A stretch of DNA of 64,000 nucleotides from NCBI GenBank assembly GCA_963764625.1, contig CAVXTH010000009.1:576001-640000 (forward strand). Reading direction: 5' to 3'. Shown piece by piece: positions 1 to 9,637 of the stretch. The position numbers and the translations under genes are program-made. The DNA is from Candidatus Krumholzibacteriota bacterium. Its GTDB lineage: Bacteria > Krumholzibacteriota > Krumholzibacteriia > JAJRXK01. Position 1 is the stretch's first letter; every line of letters starts with the position of its first letter. The notes under the pieces were generated by a model. That model worked only from the letters and a program-made list of their open reading frames with translations. It was not told the origin of the DNA and did not search any database.

Positions 1-1078
1 CGTCGATCTGAGACGGGGCGTGCATCGCTTCTCGCAGAGATTGAGTCGCTCGCGTTCTCTGGCCGAGCTGGAGCGCGGCGCTCTCCTGGATATTCAGGAA
101 GGGGTCCATCCCAAGTCTCTTCGCCTTCTCCTGGGAGACACCCCGCGGAACCGGCAATGGGCGGAGAGCCTCAAGGACGAAGAGCATTCCTATCGTCTGC
201 GGATTCCCCTGGTGGCCGCGGGGCGTTCCCTCGGCTGGTTGCTGCTGGGAGAGCGGCGGAACTGCTACCCGTGGTTCGACGCCGAGCGGCGCTATCTCGA
301 AGTCGTGTCCGAACTGTTGGGGAGCGCACTGGATGCGATGGGAGCCGGTGAATTCGATTCCAAGAGCGGCGCGGCGGTGCGGGCCAGGGCACACGACATC
401 GCCAGTGAAGCGGAAGAACTACGCGGAGAGCTGGCGGTGGTCCGTCGCGAACTCTCCGCCGCGCGCCGCGAACTCGTCGCGATGCGGGAGCGTCTCGATC
501 CGGAACTGGTGGAGTCGATCCTGAGAATCTGCGCCGAAGTCGGCGAGCGGGATCCGGGGGCGGCGATCGGAATCCTCAAATCATTGCGGCGGGTCTATGC
601 CTACATTTTGGAGCAGGATGGGAGTGGAGTTCGGCTGAGCGAAGAGATCGCATTTGCCCAGGATCTTCTCGCCCTGGAAAAGTTGCGCCTGCGCAATCGA
701 CTCGAGGTGGGACTCAGCCTCGACCCCGCGTTGAACGAGCAGTTGGTTCCACGCCGGGTTCTGCAACCGCTCATCGACAACGCGCTCATCCATGGGCTCT
801 CGCGCGAGTTGCACACGGGAAGGATCCGGGTGAACGCGGCGGCACAGGGCGGGCGCTGTTCGCTTACCGTCGAAGACAACGGCCGCGGATTCCTGGGTGA
901 TCTGCACCAGGATGCTCTACGCGGGGAGGGAGGCCTGTCGCGGGTTCTCAGGGCCGCGCAAGAGCTCTACGGGGACGAGGTCATTCTTCGCCTCGACAAA
1001 CCGGAGGAAGCGGGCACACGAGTGTGCTTGAGCCTCCCCCGACGGGCAAAGGAACACCGCCGCGACCCGGATGCCTGA
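1..1078 (+). CDS. LytS/YehU-type sensor kinase-like protein (GAF-like + His_kinase + HATPase_c), 5'-truncated, H-box His apparently missing
   Basis: LSEEIAFAQDLLALEKLRL, N-box LQPLIDNALIHG, G1 VEDNGRGF; the frame is open to the window edge. Confidence 0.8.
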   Translation, partial: VDLRRGVHRFSQRLSRSRSLAELERGALLDIQEGVHPKSLRLLLGDTPRNRQWAESLKDEEHSYRLRIPLVAAGRSLGWLLLGERRNCYPWFDAERRYLEVVSELLGSALDAMGAGEFDSKSGAAVRARAHDIASEAEELRGELAVVRRELSAARRELVAMRERLDPELVESILRICAEVGERDPGAAIGILKSLRRVYAYILEQDGSGVRLSEEIAFAQDLLALEKLRLRNRLEVGLSLDPALNEQLVPRRVLQPLIDNALIHGLSRELHTGRIRVNAAAQGGRCSLTVEDNGRGFLGDLHQDALRGEGGLSRVLRAAQELYGDEVILRLDKPEEAGTRVCLSLPRRAKEHRRDPDA

Positions 1079-1080
1079 GT

Positions 1081-1788
1081 TCACTGGTGGAGGTACTTGT
1101 AGCCGCGCTCGCCCGCCCGAATCGCGGCCTTCAAGCGATTGCTCTGCGGTGTGATGGGGCAGGACCAATCCCCTCCGTAGGCGCAGTAGGGGTTGTAGGC
1201 CAGGTTGAAGTCGAGGCGGTAGCGCTCCTGTCCCAGATCCTGGAGCTCGAGATAACGGCCGGCCGGATAGGTCTCCTCGCCGCTGGTGGCGTCGAGGAAA
1301 GGTAGGAAGAGCGAGTCACTCTGCAGCATGTGGAAGACCGTGAGCTTCTCCGGACCCGCCCCGAGATCGACGAGAAAATAGCCGATCTCCTCGGCCTCGC
1401 GCGTTTCGCCTCCGGTGTCGGGGATCTTGAGGGGGATGGGTTTCAGACGGCGGACGAGGCGTCCCTCGAGCACGTAGCTCGGTTTGACCGGATAGAACTC
1501 GAGCCCCTTCCAGCCGGGAAGGTCTTCCTTGGCCACCGGGCTCGTCTTGGGATCGTGGTAGAGCGAGTCACGCTCGCTGCGAGCATTTTCGACCGCTTTC
1601 GTGTAGGCGATCGGGTCTTTCAGATGTGCGGCTTGGCAGAGACGCTGATCCCGCCCCTTTCCGCAGGCGAGCCCTCCTGAGAGAATCGCCGCGGCCGTGC
1701 CCGCGGCCAGGACGAGCCCGCGGACGAGAATCGCTCGCGCCGCCGATCGGTGCCGGACCTCGCTCACATCTTGCCTGAATTGCATCAT
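1081..1788 (-). CDS. DUF1684 family protein, probable lipoprotein
   Basis: LFLPFLDATSGEETYPAGRYL and LDFNLAYNPYCAY...CP motifs; hydrophobic N-region ending GLAC. Confidence 0.85.
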   Translation of the reverse strand: MMQFRQDVSEVRHRSAARAILVRGLVLAAGTAAAILSGGLACGKGRDQRLCQAAHLKDPIAYTKAVENARSERDSLYHDPKTSPVAKEDLPGWKGLEFYPVKPSYVLEGRLVRRLKPIPLKIPDTGGETREAEEIGYFLVDLGAGPEKLTVFHMLQSDSLFLPFLDATSGEETYPAGRYLELQDLGQERYRLDFNLAYNPYCAYGGDWSCPITPQSNRLKAAIRAGERGYKYLHQ

Positions 1789-1839
1789 GTCTCTAGCCTA
1801 GCCAAGGCCTTGGAATTCGTCCATCTCTCGAGGTGTCAG

Positions 1840-4263
1840 GTGTCGCCACCAGAAACCGTCATCGTCGTGCTCAACTGGAACGGCCTCCAGGATACCCTCG
1901 CCTGCCTGAAGAGCTTGAGCGCGCTTCAGGGAGAGGAACACGAAATCCTCGTGGTCGACAACGGCAGCACCGACGGCAGTGAGGAGGCGATCCGGGCCGC
2001 GTATCCCGATCTCGCCTTCGTTCAGACCGGAGCCAATTTGGGATTCGCCGGGGGCAACAACGCCGGGATGCGCTGGGCCCTGAAGCGCGGCGCGCGCTTC
2101 GTTCTGCTCTTGAACAACGATACCGTTGTGGAGCCGGATTTCCTGCGGCACATGATCGCGAGGGCGAAGGGCGACTCCAAGGTGGGAATCGTGGGGGCCA
2201 GTATCGCGTACTTCGACACCCCGACTCGGCTGTGGGCCTTCGGAGGAGGGCGCTTCGACATTTCCAGCGCGTGGGTGCGGCACGTTCAGACGGCCCTGTC
2301 CGAGGACGAACTGAAGACACGCGGGAATCTCCATTTCTACGTCACTGGTTGCGCGATGCTGCTTTCCCGCGCGCTCCTTCAGGAAGTCGGTGAACTCGAA
2401 TCCTCCTACTTTCATTTTTGTGAGGACGTCGATTTCTGTCTTCGCGCTGAGAGGGCTGGTTACCGCATCGTGGTGGCAAGGGAGGCACGGTTGCTCCACA
2501 AGGTATCCGCCACCACTCGCGTTTCTTCACCGTTGTTTCTGTACTACAACCTCAGAAGCCGACTGACTCTGGTGCGTCGTTTCGGTCCCGTGGGGGCACC
2601 CAGCTTCAGGGCCGTATGCACCTTGTGGCTGCGTCTTTGGCGGCCCGCGATTCTAAGCGGCATGGCCTGGTCCGGCTTCAAGGCGCTGCTTCGCGCCTAT
2701 CGCGATTATCGGGAGGGACGCGTCGGCCCCGCCCCCACCGAACTTCTGACGCGCCGCAGCCATGGCTCGGCCACGGCGCTCCTGCTCGCGGTTCTCGTTC
2801 TGAGCGGCCTCACGCTCGCGCCATCGGGGTCCACCGTCGTCAGCGCGGCGGAGAGCGCCGCACCGAAACCGCTCGAGAGCGAGAGCAAGGTGCTCTCCTC
2901 TCTGAGTGCGGGAATCAGCTCCGATCCCGCACGGGGTTTGCCCGGATTGCTCTACGACATGGCCGCTGATTCGAGCGTCTCACGCGCGGTGCTCGCCCAG
3001 GCAGATCGTCGCCACTGCCGTCTCACGCATCAGCTCATCACCCTCTTGAACGAAAGCGACGCGCAAGCCCGCAAGCGGATTCGCGGGCTCTACGAAGTCC
3101 ACGATCACGGGCCTCGCCCCTCAGAACGGCCTCCCGCCTGGAGCGACCTTCGCCGACAGGGCGTCGAAGTTCTCGCGAAGATTGCTCTCAGCCCCGAGGT
3201 GGGGCGCGACGCGCGGATGAGACGCGAGATTGCTCACGACGAACTCTCGCAGAGCCCGGGATTCGCGCGCGCCGCGGTCGTGGCGGCGCGGGTGCTGCTC
3301 TGGGATGAGTGGTGGGCCGACCGCGGTCTCCAAGAGGAGTTCTGGTTTCATCCGCAGGAGCGTCCCGATCCCACGGACTGGCTGCATGCGCTCCGGAGTC
3401 CCCCGGGAGAGGACGTGCACCCGGTTGGGGAGCTTCTGGAGAGGCTCGCCGATGACCCACTCGCCTTCCACGCGCTTCTGGCCGCCCTCGATCCCGGTCG
3501 CGACGGTCTATTGGTGCGCGAGTGCGTGAACCTCCTCATGCTGTACCAGAGCGATTTCGAAGAGCGGGGTTTGCCGCACCGTCACTGGGACGCGGACCAG
3601 GGAAAGATGGTGGGCCACCGCGCGGAAGAACTTCGTGCCATTCCCTTGGCCATTCTTGGCCGCGTGTGTTCCTTCACGCCGAGCGGAGCCACCGAAGACG
3701 AGGTCATCAAAAGCTACGCCTACTTCTGGAGGTCGGCGCGGTTTCAGGCCCGCTACTGGCGGGATCCCCTGGCCGCTCCCAGTCTTGCGCCGTGGTTGGG
3801 TGGACTCGATCGCCCGGTCGACGAGGGGGGGCAGCCCCTGGCTCAGTTTCTCAAGCAGCTCTACGTCGCCGAGGGATTCCGCGACCTACTCCTCGACCAG
3901 ATCGGACCCGGTCAATCCAAGCTGGTGGCGGAATTGATCGAGTGGCTGGCGATCGACCGGAAGGAAGCCATCGCCAGAGGATTCGCGCCCGGCTATCGGC
4001 GGCTCCCGCTCCGGCCTCTCCCCGGGGACAAGGGTGCGTTCGTGGCGATTCCCTGGGAACCCATGCAGGCTCTCATTCGCGAGGTCCTTCGCCACATCAC
4101 GGGCCAGGCTGGCTTGGGGGAGGAAGATGCCACCAGCGTTGCCAAGAACGCCTATTGGACGGATTGGTGGCAGCTCCACTCTAGCCAATCGCGTTGGTAC
4201 CGGTCCGCCCCACCAAAAGAGAAGCCACCCACCTTTCAGATGGAAAGTGGGCGCCGAAAGTGA
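1840..4263 (+). CDS. GT2 glycosyltransferase in frame with a TM/signal segment and a three-repeat helical domain
   Basis: VVLNWNG, VVDNGSTD, NLGFAGGNN, LLLNND, EDVDFCLR; GTG start after GAGGTG; hydrophobic ATALLLAVLVLSGLTLA near 2770-2820. Confidence 0.75.
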   Translation: MSPPETVIVVLNWNGLQDTLACLKSLSALQGEEHEILVVDNGSTDGSEEAIRAAYPDLAFVQTGANLGFAGGNNAGMRWALKRGARFVLLLNNDTVVEPDFLRHMIARAKGDSKVGIVGASIAYFDTPTRLWAFGGGRFDISSAWVRHVQTALSEDELKTRGNLHFYVTGCAMLLSRALLQEVGELESSYFHFCEDVDFCLRAERAGYRIVVAREARLLHKVSATTRVSSPLFLYYNLRSRLTLVRRFGPVGAPSFRAVCTLWLRLWRPAILSGMAWSGFKALLRAYRDYREGRVGPAPTELLTRRSHGSATALLLAVLVLSGLTLAPSGSTVVSAAESAAPKPLESESKVLSSLSAGISSDPARGLPGLLYDMAADSSVSRAVLAQADRRHCRLTHQLITLLNESDAQARKRIRGLYEVHDHGPRPSERPPAWSDLRRQGVEVLAKIALSPEVGRDARMRREIAHDELSQSPGFARAAVVAARVLLWDEWWADRGLQEEFWFHPQERPDPTDWLHALRSPPGEDVHPVGELLERLADDPLAFHALLAALDPGRDGLLVRECVNLLMLYQSDFEERGLPHRHWDADQGKMVGHRAEELRAIPLAILGRVCSFTPSGATEDEVIKSYAYFWRSARFQARYWRDPLAAPSLAPWLGGLDRPVDEGGQPLAQFLKQLYVAEGFRDLLLDQIGPGQSKLVAELIEWLAIDRKEAIARGFAPGYRRLPLRPLPGDKGAFVAIPWEPMQALIREVLRHITGQAGLGEEDATSVAKNAYWTDWWQLHSSQSRWYRSAPPKEKPPTFQMESGRRK

Positions 4264-4273
4264 AGCTGAGCCG

Positions 4274-6395
4274 GTGAAGCCCACGGGACGAGACCTCACG
4301 CGGCGCGCGCTATCGCTGCTGCTCGTGCTGGGCGGTTTCTCGGGCTGCATGGGCCCCACTGGTCTTTTGTCCACCCCCCGCGCTCCTTCGCGCAAGATTT
4401 TGCAATCGCCGCAGATCGAAAGTGCAGCCGAGCAGATCTTCCACGCAGAACACGAGGCGGTCGTCGCCCGTACGGCGCCGGATGCGAGACAGCAGTGGCT
4501 GATTCCCCCCGCGGTGAGCGGCAACGGAAACTGGGAGGCCTCGGCGCTCTGTTTCGCTCTCGCTTCACGCAACGGTCGACTGCGTCCGTTGGAGCCTCCC
4601 GGACAGGTCGACACGGTTGCGGCCATCCAGGCGTGGCTCCGCGCGACTTCGTCTGAGGCAGTGGTATGGATGGTGGAGAGCAGCTGGGATGTATCGGCCC
4701 GAACTCGATCTGGTGGTCTGCTCCGCCAGCCGGAGTTGGCGGAGCGAGAGTTTCACGATCGAGGTGGCGAAGGAACTCCGTTTCGCATGGCCGCTGGATC
4801 CCCACGAGAATCCGCCCCTGGCCACTCTGAGCGTGGGCGCCGCGCGGTCGCTGCTCCAGGATGGAAGCGAAGTCTATCTTCGCGATCGCGAAGGATCCCG
4901 GCGGGTCGAGTGGAATCGCCGCTCGTCACAACTGAAGCTGGGAAAGCTAAGGCCTTCCGGTACGCCGAGAGAAAACCGCTTTCCCTCCGCTCGCAGTCCG
5001 GCGCAGGACTCCACGCCACCGCTTCTGATCATGCGGCGTGACCTCCGCTTAGTTCTCAGTGACGTCGATCTTCCCGAGGGCGAGGGAGAATTCGAGCAAT
5101 GGTCTCTGAGTCGTGGAGGCGAAGGCATGGAATTGCCTCTCTCGCGCGCGAGTGAAACGCAGATCGTGAGCATCATGGCCTCGCCCGATTCCTGGAACGA
5201 ATCCAATACCTGGTTGGTGCTGCGCCGGAACCCTACCGGCGGTTCTGAATTGCAACTCTTCGCCGCCACGCTGCGAGAGCTTCCCGAGCCGCCTCCTCGA
5301 GGTCCCGCCCAACCGGAAGAGACCTTGCGCATCGCCTCCGATCTCACCTGGCCCTTGCTCCTGGATGGACTCGGCGAGGAGTTGTCGGTTACCCACGAGC
5401 TGCGCTGGAATCGAGCTTATCACGCGCCCAACTGGGAGGAGTTCGCGGAGTTCACGCCGCGCTTCGCGGGCCGCGCTACCCTTTCCTTCTGGACGCTCGA
5501 CTGGCGCTCGCTGGGAGATCTGCGGCTGCGTCATCTCGATCCCCCGATGCATGTCGTTCGCTTCAGCCCGCTGGCGAGGGAATTTCCCGTCTGGTCTGCT
5601 GCGGTCGCGAAGAAGCCGATGGTACTGGGGGACACCGCGCGATGGAGGATGGTGCCGGCGGCTGAGGTGTGGGGGATTGCCCGCCTGAGTCCCAGCATGC
5701 CCGAGGGTGAGCGGCGTGCCGCGGCCACCTGGTTGGGATCCCTGGGACCCTTCGAACTCTTCGGACTCGACCGGAACGACTTAGCGCCGAGGCTTCCCCT
5801 CAGCGGCAGAGAGCGGCCTCGCTTGGACGCCGAGGGCGGCTCGCTATCCGGGCTTGCGCTTGCATTCACTTTCACGGGCTGCCCCGGGATCGTCGACCGG
5901 CTTCCGGACGCCCTGCGCGGGGAATTGCAAGGGCGTCTGGGCTTCTTGGCTCGAGACCAGGGGGCCACTCTTTTGGCCGCGCGCGCAACTGCTCCCCAGA
6001 ACGCTCCCGGTTCGGGAACCGCACCGGCTCGGAATTGCGTGCTGGCCGGAGAGCATCGCATCGACTTCGGGAGGTTGGTGCTACCCAAGGGGACGAAGAG
6101 AGAGCGGGCCACCGCTCTTCTGCGGGCCTGCGGGCTGCTCGAAGAATGGCAGGCGGAAGCAGCTCGGCACGCACCGAACCCCGCGAGCCTGAGCGACGAC
6201 GCGTTGGCGGTGGAAATCGAGAATTGGCTGCTCCGGCAGAGTATTTTCGTGCCCCTGTGGAGCGAGGAAGGCCGGGTCTTCGTGGATCGCCGGGTGGCCG
6301 GTCTGCGCGTCGACTCGCAGGGAATCCTTCCCGATCTGAGCGAAGCCCATCTACTCCCTCAGGAGCAGGTGGAGCGCTTCGGCCTTCAGCCATGA
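4274..6395 (+). CDS. Large lipoprotein with C-terminus resembling family-5 solute-binding proteins, frameshifted near 4700-4800
   Basis: Lipobox-like LLLVLGGFSG-C in frame 4034..5041; continues in frame 4617..6395, ending IENWLLRQSIFVPLW...VAGL; ATGA overlap with the kinase. Confidence 0.5.
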
Positions 6396-8053
6396 GTTTG
6401 CGCTGGCGCTGGACGCTGACGCTCGTGCTGACGGCGGTGCTGATTCTGGGCGGTGTTCTGGTCACCCTGGATCATTCCCTTCGCGAGTTGAAGAGCGAAC
6501 GCGCGCAACAGTGGCGTGGAAGGCAGGCGGAGGAGATTCGTCTCCATCTCGATCGCGTCGCCTCGTTGGCCGTCGCCTCGGTGGAAGACCTCGCCGCCTC
6601 GTCAGCGCTGCGACGCTTTCTCGACGAAGCAGAAGAGCAGGGAGGGAGTGAGAGTCGCGAGCTGCGAATGTGGGCGAACGAAGTCGCGCCCCGATTCGAG
6701 CTGGACCATGTGCTGGTTCTCTCCCCCGACGGCCGGGTTCTCAGTCAGGTGCCCGCGCCCGAAGCGCAGGGGGTGGCACATCCGCAGACCTCGCTCCTGC
6801 GAGACGCGACGCGCTCGCGGATTTTGGTATGGAAAGCCTGGGCCCCCCAAGACAGCACGGGCGCTCTTTGGTGGGTTGGAGCAGTGCGAGAACTCGAGTA
6901 TCGCAATGCGCGCTATCTGATCGCCGGAGGGAGCGCTCTCTCCCCCCAGCTTCTTTCGGATATCGCGCAACGGTGCGGCGTTCGTCGTCTCGCTCTCGGG
7001 CTCGCGCTGGACTCATTCATCAAGGCTCCACTGCCGGAGAAGTGGAGAGTCGAAGGACAACTCCCGCTGGTTTTCGATCCCGGGGACCCTCCCTCTTTGC
7101 CCGTGTTGCAATCGATGCGGCGTCGCCTCTTGCGTTTGAGTCTCTTGAGTTTCCTGTTCGTGCTCGTGCTCACGCCGCTGCTCGCTCGAGGTTTGGTGCG
7201 TCCTCTCGACGAGCTGCGTCGCGCGGTACGCCGCATGGAGTCTGGCGAACGAAAAATCGAATTCGCGACGCGAGGACCGGCCGAAGTGCAAGAACTGGCC
7301 GGCGCTCTCCGGGCGCTCTCTCAGAGCTTGGATCTCAGCGAAACGCGAATGCGTTCCGCCGAACGCCGGGCCGCGTGGCGCGAGATGGCCCGTCGCGTGG
7401 CGCACGAAATCAAGAACGCGCTCAGTCCATTGACTCTCGCCATGGACAACGTGGAGACCGCCGCGCAACGGAGTGACCCCGCCGCGCGCCAGGCGCTCGC
7501 TTTCAGTCTAAAGACTGCGAGAGAACAACTCGACAGTCTCGACCGCCTGGTGAGTGAGTTTCGCGATTTTGCGCGCACGCCGCGTCTCAAGTTCGAAGCG
7601 ACTCCCGCACTTTCTTTGGCCGAGCTCGCTCTCGCCGGCGTGCGTGAGCAGTTTCCTCGCGTCGAGTTCCGCATCGTGGAGAGTGCTTCGGTGGGAGTCG
7701 TCGGTCTCGATCCGGAACAGATGCGGCGCGTTCTGCAAAACCTTCTGGCCAATGCGGCGCAGGCCGCGCCGGGAGCTCCAGTCGAACTGGCTTTGGGGAC
7801 GGGGCCCGGAAGCGAGCGGTGGTGGTTCTCGGTGCGGGATCGAGGTCCCGGTCTCCCCGAGGAGATCGCTTCTCACTGGGGAGAGCCGTATCATACGACG
7901 AAAGAGGGCGGAACCGGCTTGGGATTGAACATCGCGCGCCAGGTGGTGGAGGGTCACCGAGGAGTTCTCTCGGCGAGAGAGCGCCGCGGCGGCGGATTGG
8001 AGATCCATGCCGATCTCCCCCGCGTCGCTACGCCCACGGAGGAGGAATCGTGA
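6392..8053 (+). CDS. NtrY-like membrane sensor histidine kinase (2 TM, HAMP, HisKA, HATPase_c)
   Basis: AWREMARRVAHEIKN H-box, NLLANA, DRGPG, TTKEGGTGLGL. Confidence 0.92.
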   Translation: MSLRWRWTLTLVLTAVLILGGVLVTLDHSLRELKSERAQQWRGRQAEEIRLHLDRVASLAVASVEDLAASSALRRFLDEAEEQGGSESRELRMWANEVAPRFELDHVLVLSPDGRVLSQVPAPEAQGVAHPQTSLLRDATRSRILVWKAWAPQDSTGALWWVGAVRELEYRNARYLIAGGSALSPQLLSDIAQRCGVRRLALGLALDSFIKAPLPEKWRVEGQLPLVFDPGDPPSLPVLQSMRRRLLRLSLLSFLFVLVLTPLLARGLVRPLDELRRAVRRMESGERKIEFATRGPAEVQELAGALRALSQSLDLSETRMRSAERRAAWREMARRVAHEIKNALSPLTLAMDNVETAAQRSDPAARQALAFSLKTAREQLDSLDRLVSEFRDFARTPRLKFEATPALSLAELALAGVREQFPRVEFRIVESASVGVVGLDPEQMRRVLQNLLANAAQAAPGAPVELALGTGPGSERWWFSVRDRGPGLPEEIASHWGEPYHTTKEGGTGLGLNIARQVVEGHRGVLSARERRGGGLEIHADLPRVATPTEEES

Positions 8054-9393
8054 GCCAGCGAGTCTTGGTGGTGGACGACGAGCGGAACATCCGGATCATG
8101 CTCGAGCAGATGCTGGTTCTCGCCGGCTACGAAGTCGAATGCGTGGAGAGCGGGGAGGCGGCGGTCGAGCGCTGTCACAACGGCGAGGTGGATGCGGTGC
8201 TCCTGGACGTTCGACTCTCGGGCATGGATGGTCTCCTTACTCTCGAAAAGCTCAAGGAGGGTGCGCCCGCTCTGAGCGTGGTGATGATGAGCGGTCACGC
8301 CACGATCGAGACCGCGGTGAAAGCGGTGCGCGCGGGAGCGAGTGACTTTCTCGAGAAGCCACTCACCCGGGACAAAACCCTGCTCACTCTCGACAACGCC
8401 ATGCGCAAGTCCGAGTTGCAACGCGAAAACGCCCGCCTTCGCGCGCAGGCGTTCAGCGAGACCATTCTGGGCGACGCGCCGGTGATCGTGAGTTTGAGGG
8501 AACGCATCGCCCAGGTCGCTCCCACCCAGGCCAGAGTTCTCATCCAGGGAGAGAGCGGAACCGGCAAGGAGCTCATCGCGAAGGCTCTTCACCAGGGAAG
8601 TCCGCGTCGCGAGCGCCCCTTTCTCGCCCTGAACTGCGCGGCGATCCCCACCGAGCTGATCGAAAGCGAACTCTTCGGCCACGTGCGCGGCGCCTTCACC
8701 GGCGCGACCGTGATGCGCGCCGGCGCCTTCGAATCCGCCGACGGCGGGACGCTCTTCCTGGACGAGATCGGCGACATGCCCCTGGGGATGCAGGCCAAAC
8801 TCCTGCGCGTGCTCGAGAGCGGAGAAGTCTCGCGGGTGGGAAGCTCCCGGACCAAGACCCTCGACGTGCGCGTGCTTGCGGCAACCCATCGCGAACTCTC
8901 GCTCGAGGTTCAAGAGGGCGGCTTTCGCCAGGATCTCTACCACCGGATCAAAGTCGTCCCCTTGTTCGCGCCGCCCTTGAGAGATCACATGGAAGATCTG
9001 CCTCTGCTCGCCGAGCACTTCCTCGCCTTGGAAGTCGCGCGCCAGAAACTTCCCCCGCGCCGCCTCTCGGCCGCGGCCCTGCGCGCGCTGGGCCGCTACG
9101 ACTGGCCGGGCAACATCCGGGAACTGCGCAACATGGTCGAGCGCCTCGCCATTCTCTCCACCCAGGAGAGTATCCAACAGAGCGCGGTCTCCGCCGCGCT
9201 GGGGGGCGATGTTCCCCTTCAGGCCGGCCAGAGCCTGCGCGCGATCGTCGAGGAAGCCGAGCGCAAGGCCATCACCCAGGCCCTGCGCGGCGCCCGGGGC
9301 AACGTGAGCGAAGCCGCCCGCCGTCTGGGCCTGGAGCGTAGTCACCTCTACAAGAAGGCCAAGGCCCTGGGTCTGTCGCTGGGGAATGCCTGA
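8050..9393 (+). CDS. Sigma54-dependent response regulator (NtrC/NtrX family)
   Basis: Receiver domain (VVDDE, LLDVRL), Walker A GESGTGKE, GAFTGA, LFLDEIGD, WPGNIREL, C-terminal Fis-type HTH. Confidence 0.96.
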   Translation: MSQRVLVVDDERNIRIMLEQMLVLAGYEVECVESGEAAVERCHNGEVDAVLLDVRLSGMDGLLTLEKLKEGAPALSVVMMSGHATIETAVKAVRAGASDFLEKPLTRDKTLLTLDNAMRKSELQRENARLRAQAFSETILGDAPVIVSLRERIAQVAPTQARVLIQGESGTGKELIAKALHQGSPRRERPFLALNCAAIPTELIESELFGHVRGAFTGATVMRAGAFESADGGTLFLDEIGDMPLGMQAKLLRVLESGEVSRVGSSRTKTLDVRVLAATHRELSLEVQEGGFRQDLYHRIKVVPLFAPPLRDHMEDLPLLAEHFLALEVARQKLPPRRLSAAALRALGRYDWPGNIRELRNMVERLAILSTQESIQQSAVSAALGGDVPLQAGQSLRAIVEEAERKAITQALRGARGNVSEAARRLGLERSHLYKKAKALGLSLGNA

Positions 9394-9408
9394 GCCGGGT
9401 CGCGCGAT

Positions 9409-9495
9409 TGTGTCAAAATTGACACATAGACCAAACGGGTGTCAGAGCACCACTTGGCCGCTTTTCCCCGAGCCCCCGTGTCTGATCGGACACGG
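9409..9495. promoter_or_regulatory. Paired palindromic enhancer-like sites (YGTGTC-N6-GACACR)
   Basis: TGTGTCaaaattGACACA at 9409-9426, CCGTGTCtgatcgGACACGG at 9476-9495, half-site GGTGTC at 9438-9443. Confidence 0.7.
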
Positions 9496-9522
9496 TTTTT
9501 GCTGGGCTCCGTTCCGGAGCAA

Positions 9523-9584
9523 TCTTTCTAATATATTGTAATATAATAAGTTAACGAAGTGCGTTGGCCCGGTCCACAAGCTGC
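9523..9584 (+). promoter_or_regulatory. AT-rich IHF-like tract plus sigma54-like -24/-12 element
   Basis: Nearly pure A/T tract at 9523-9554; GG(9571-72)-N10-GC(9583-84). Confidence 0.55.
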
Positions 9585-9637
9585 GAGGAGGGGGGACAGA
9601 ACCCCGTCCCCCTTGCCTTCAGCGAAAGGACACCGCG

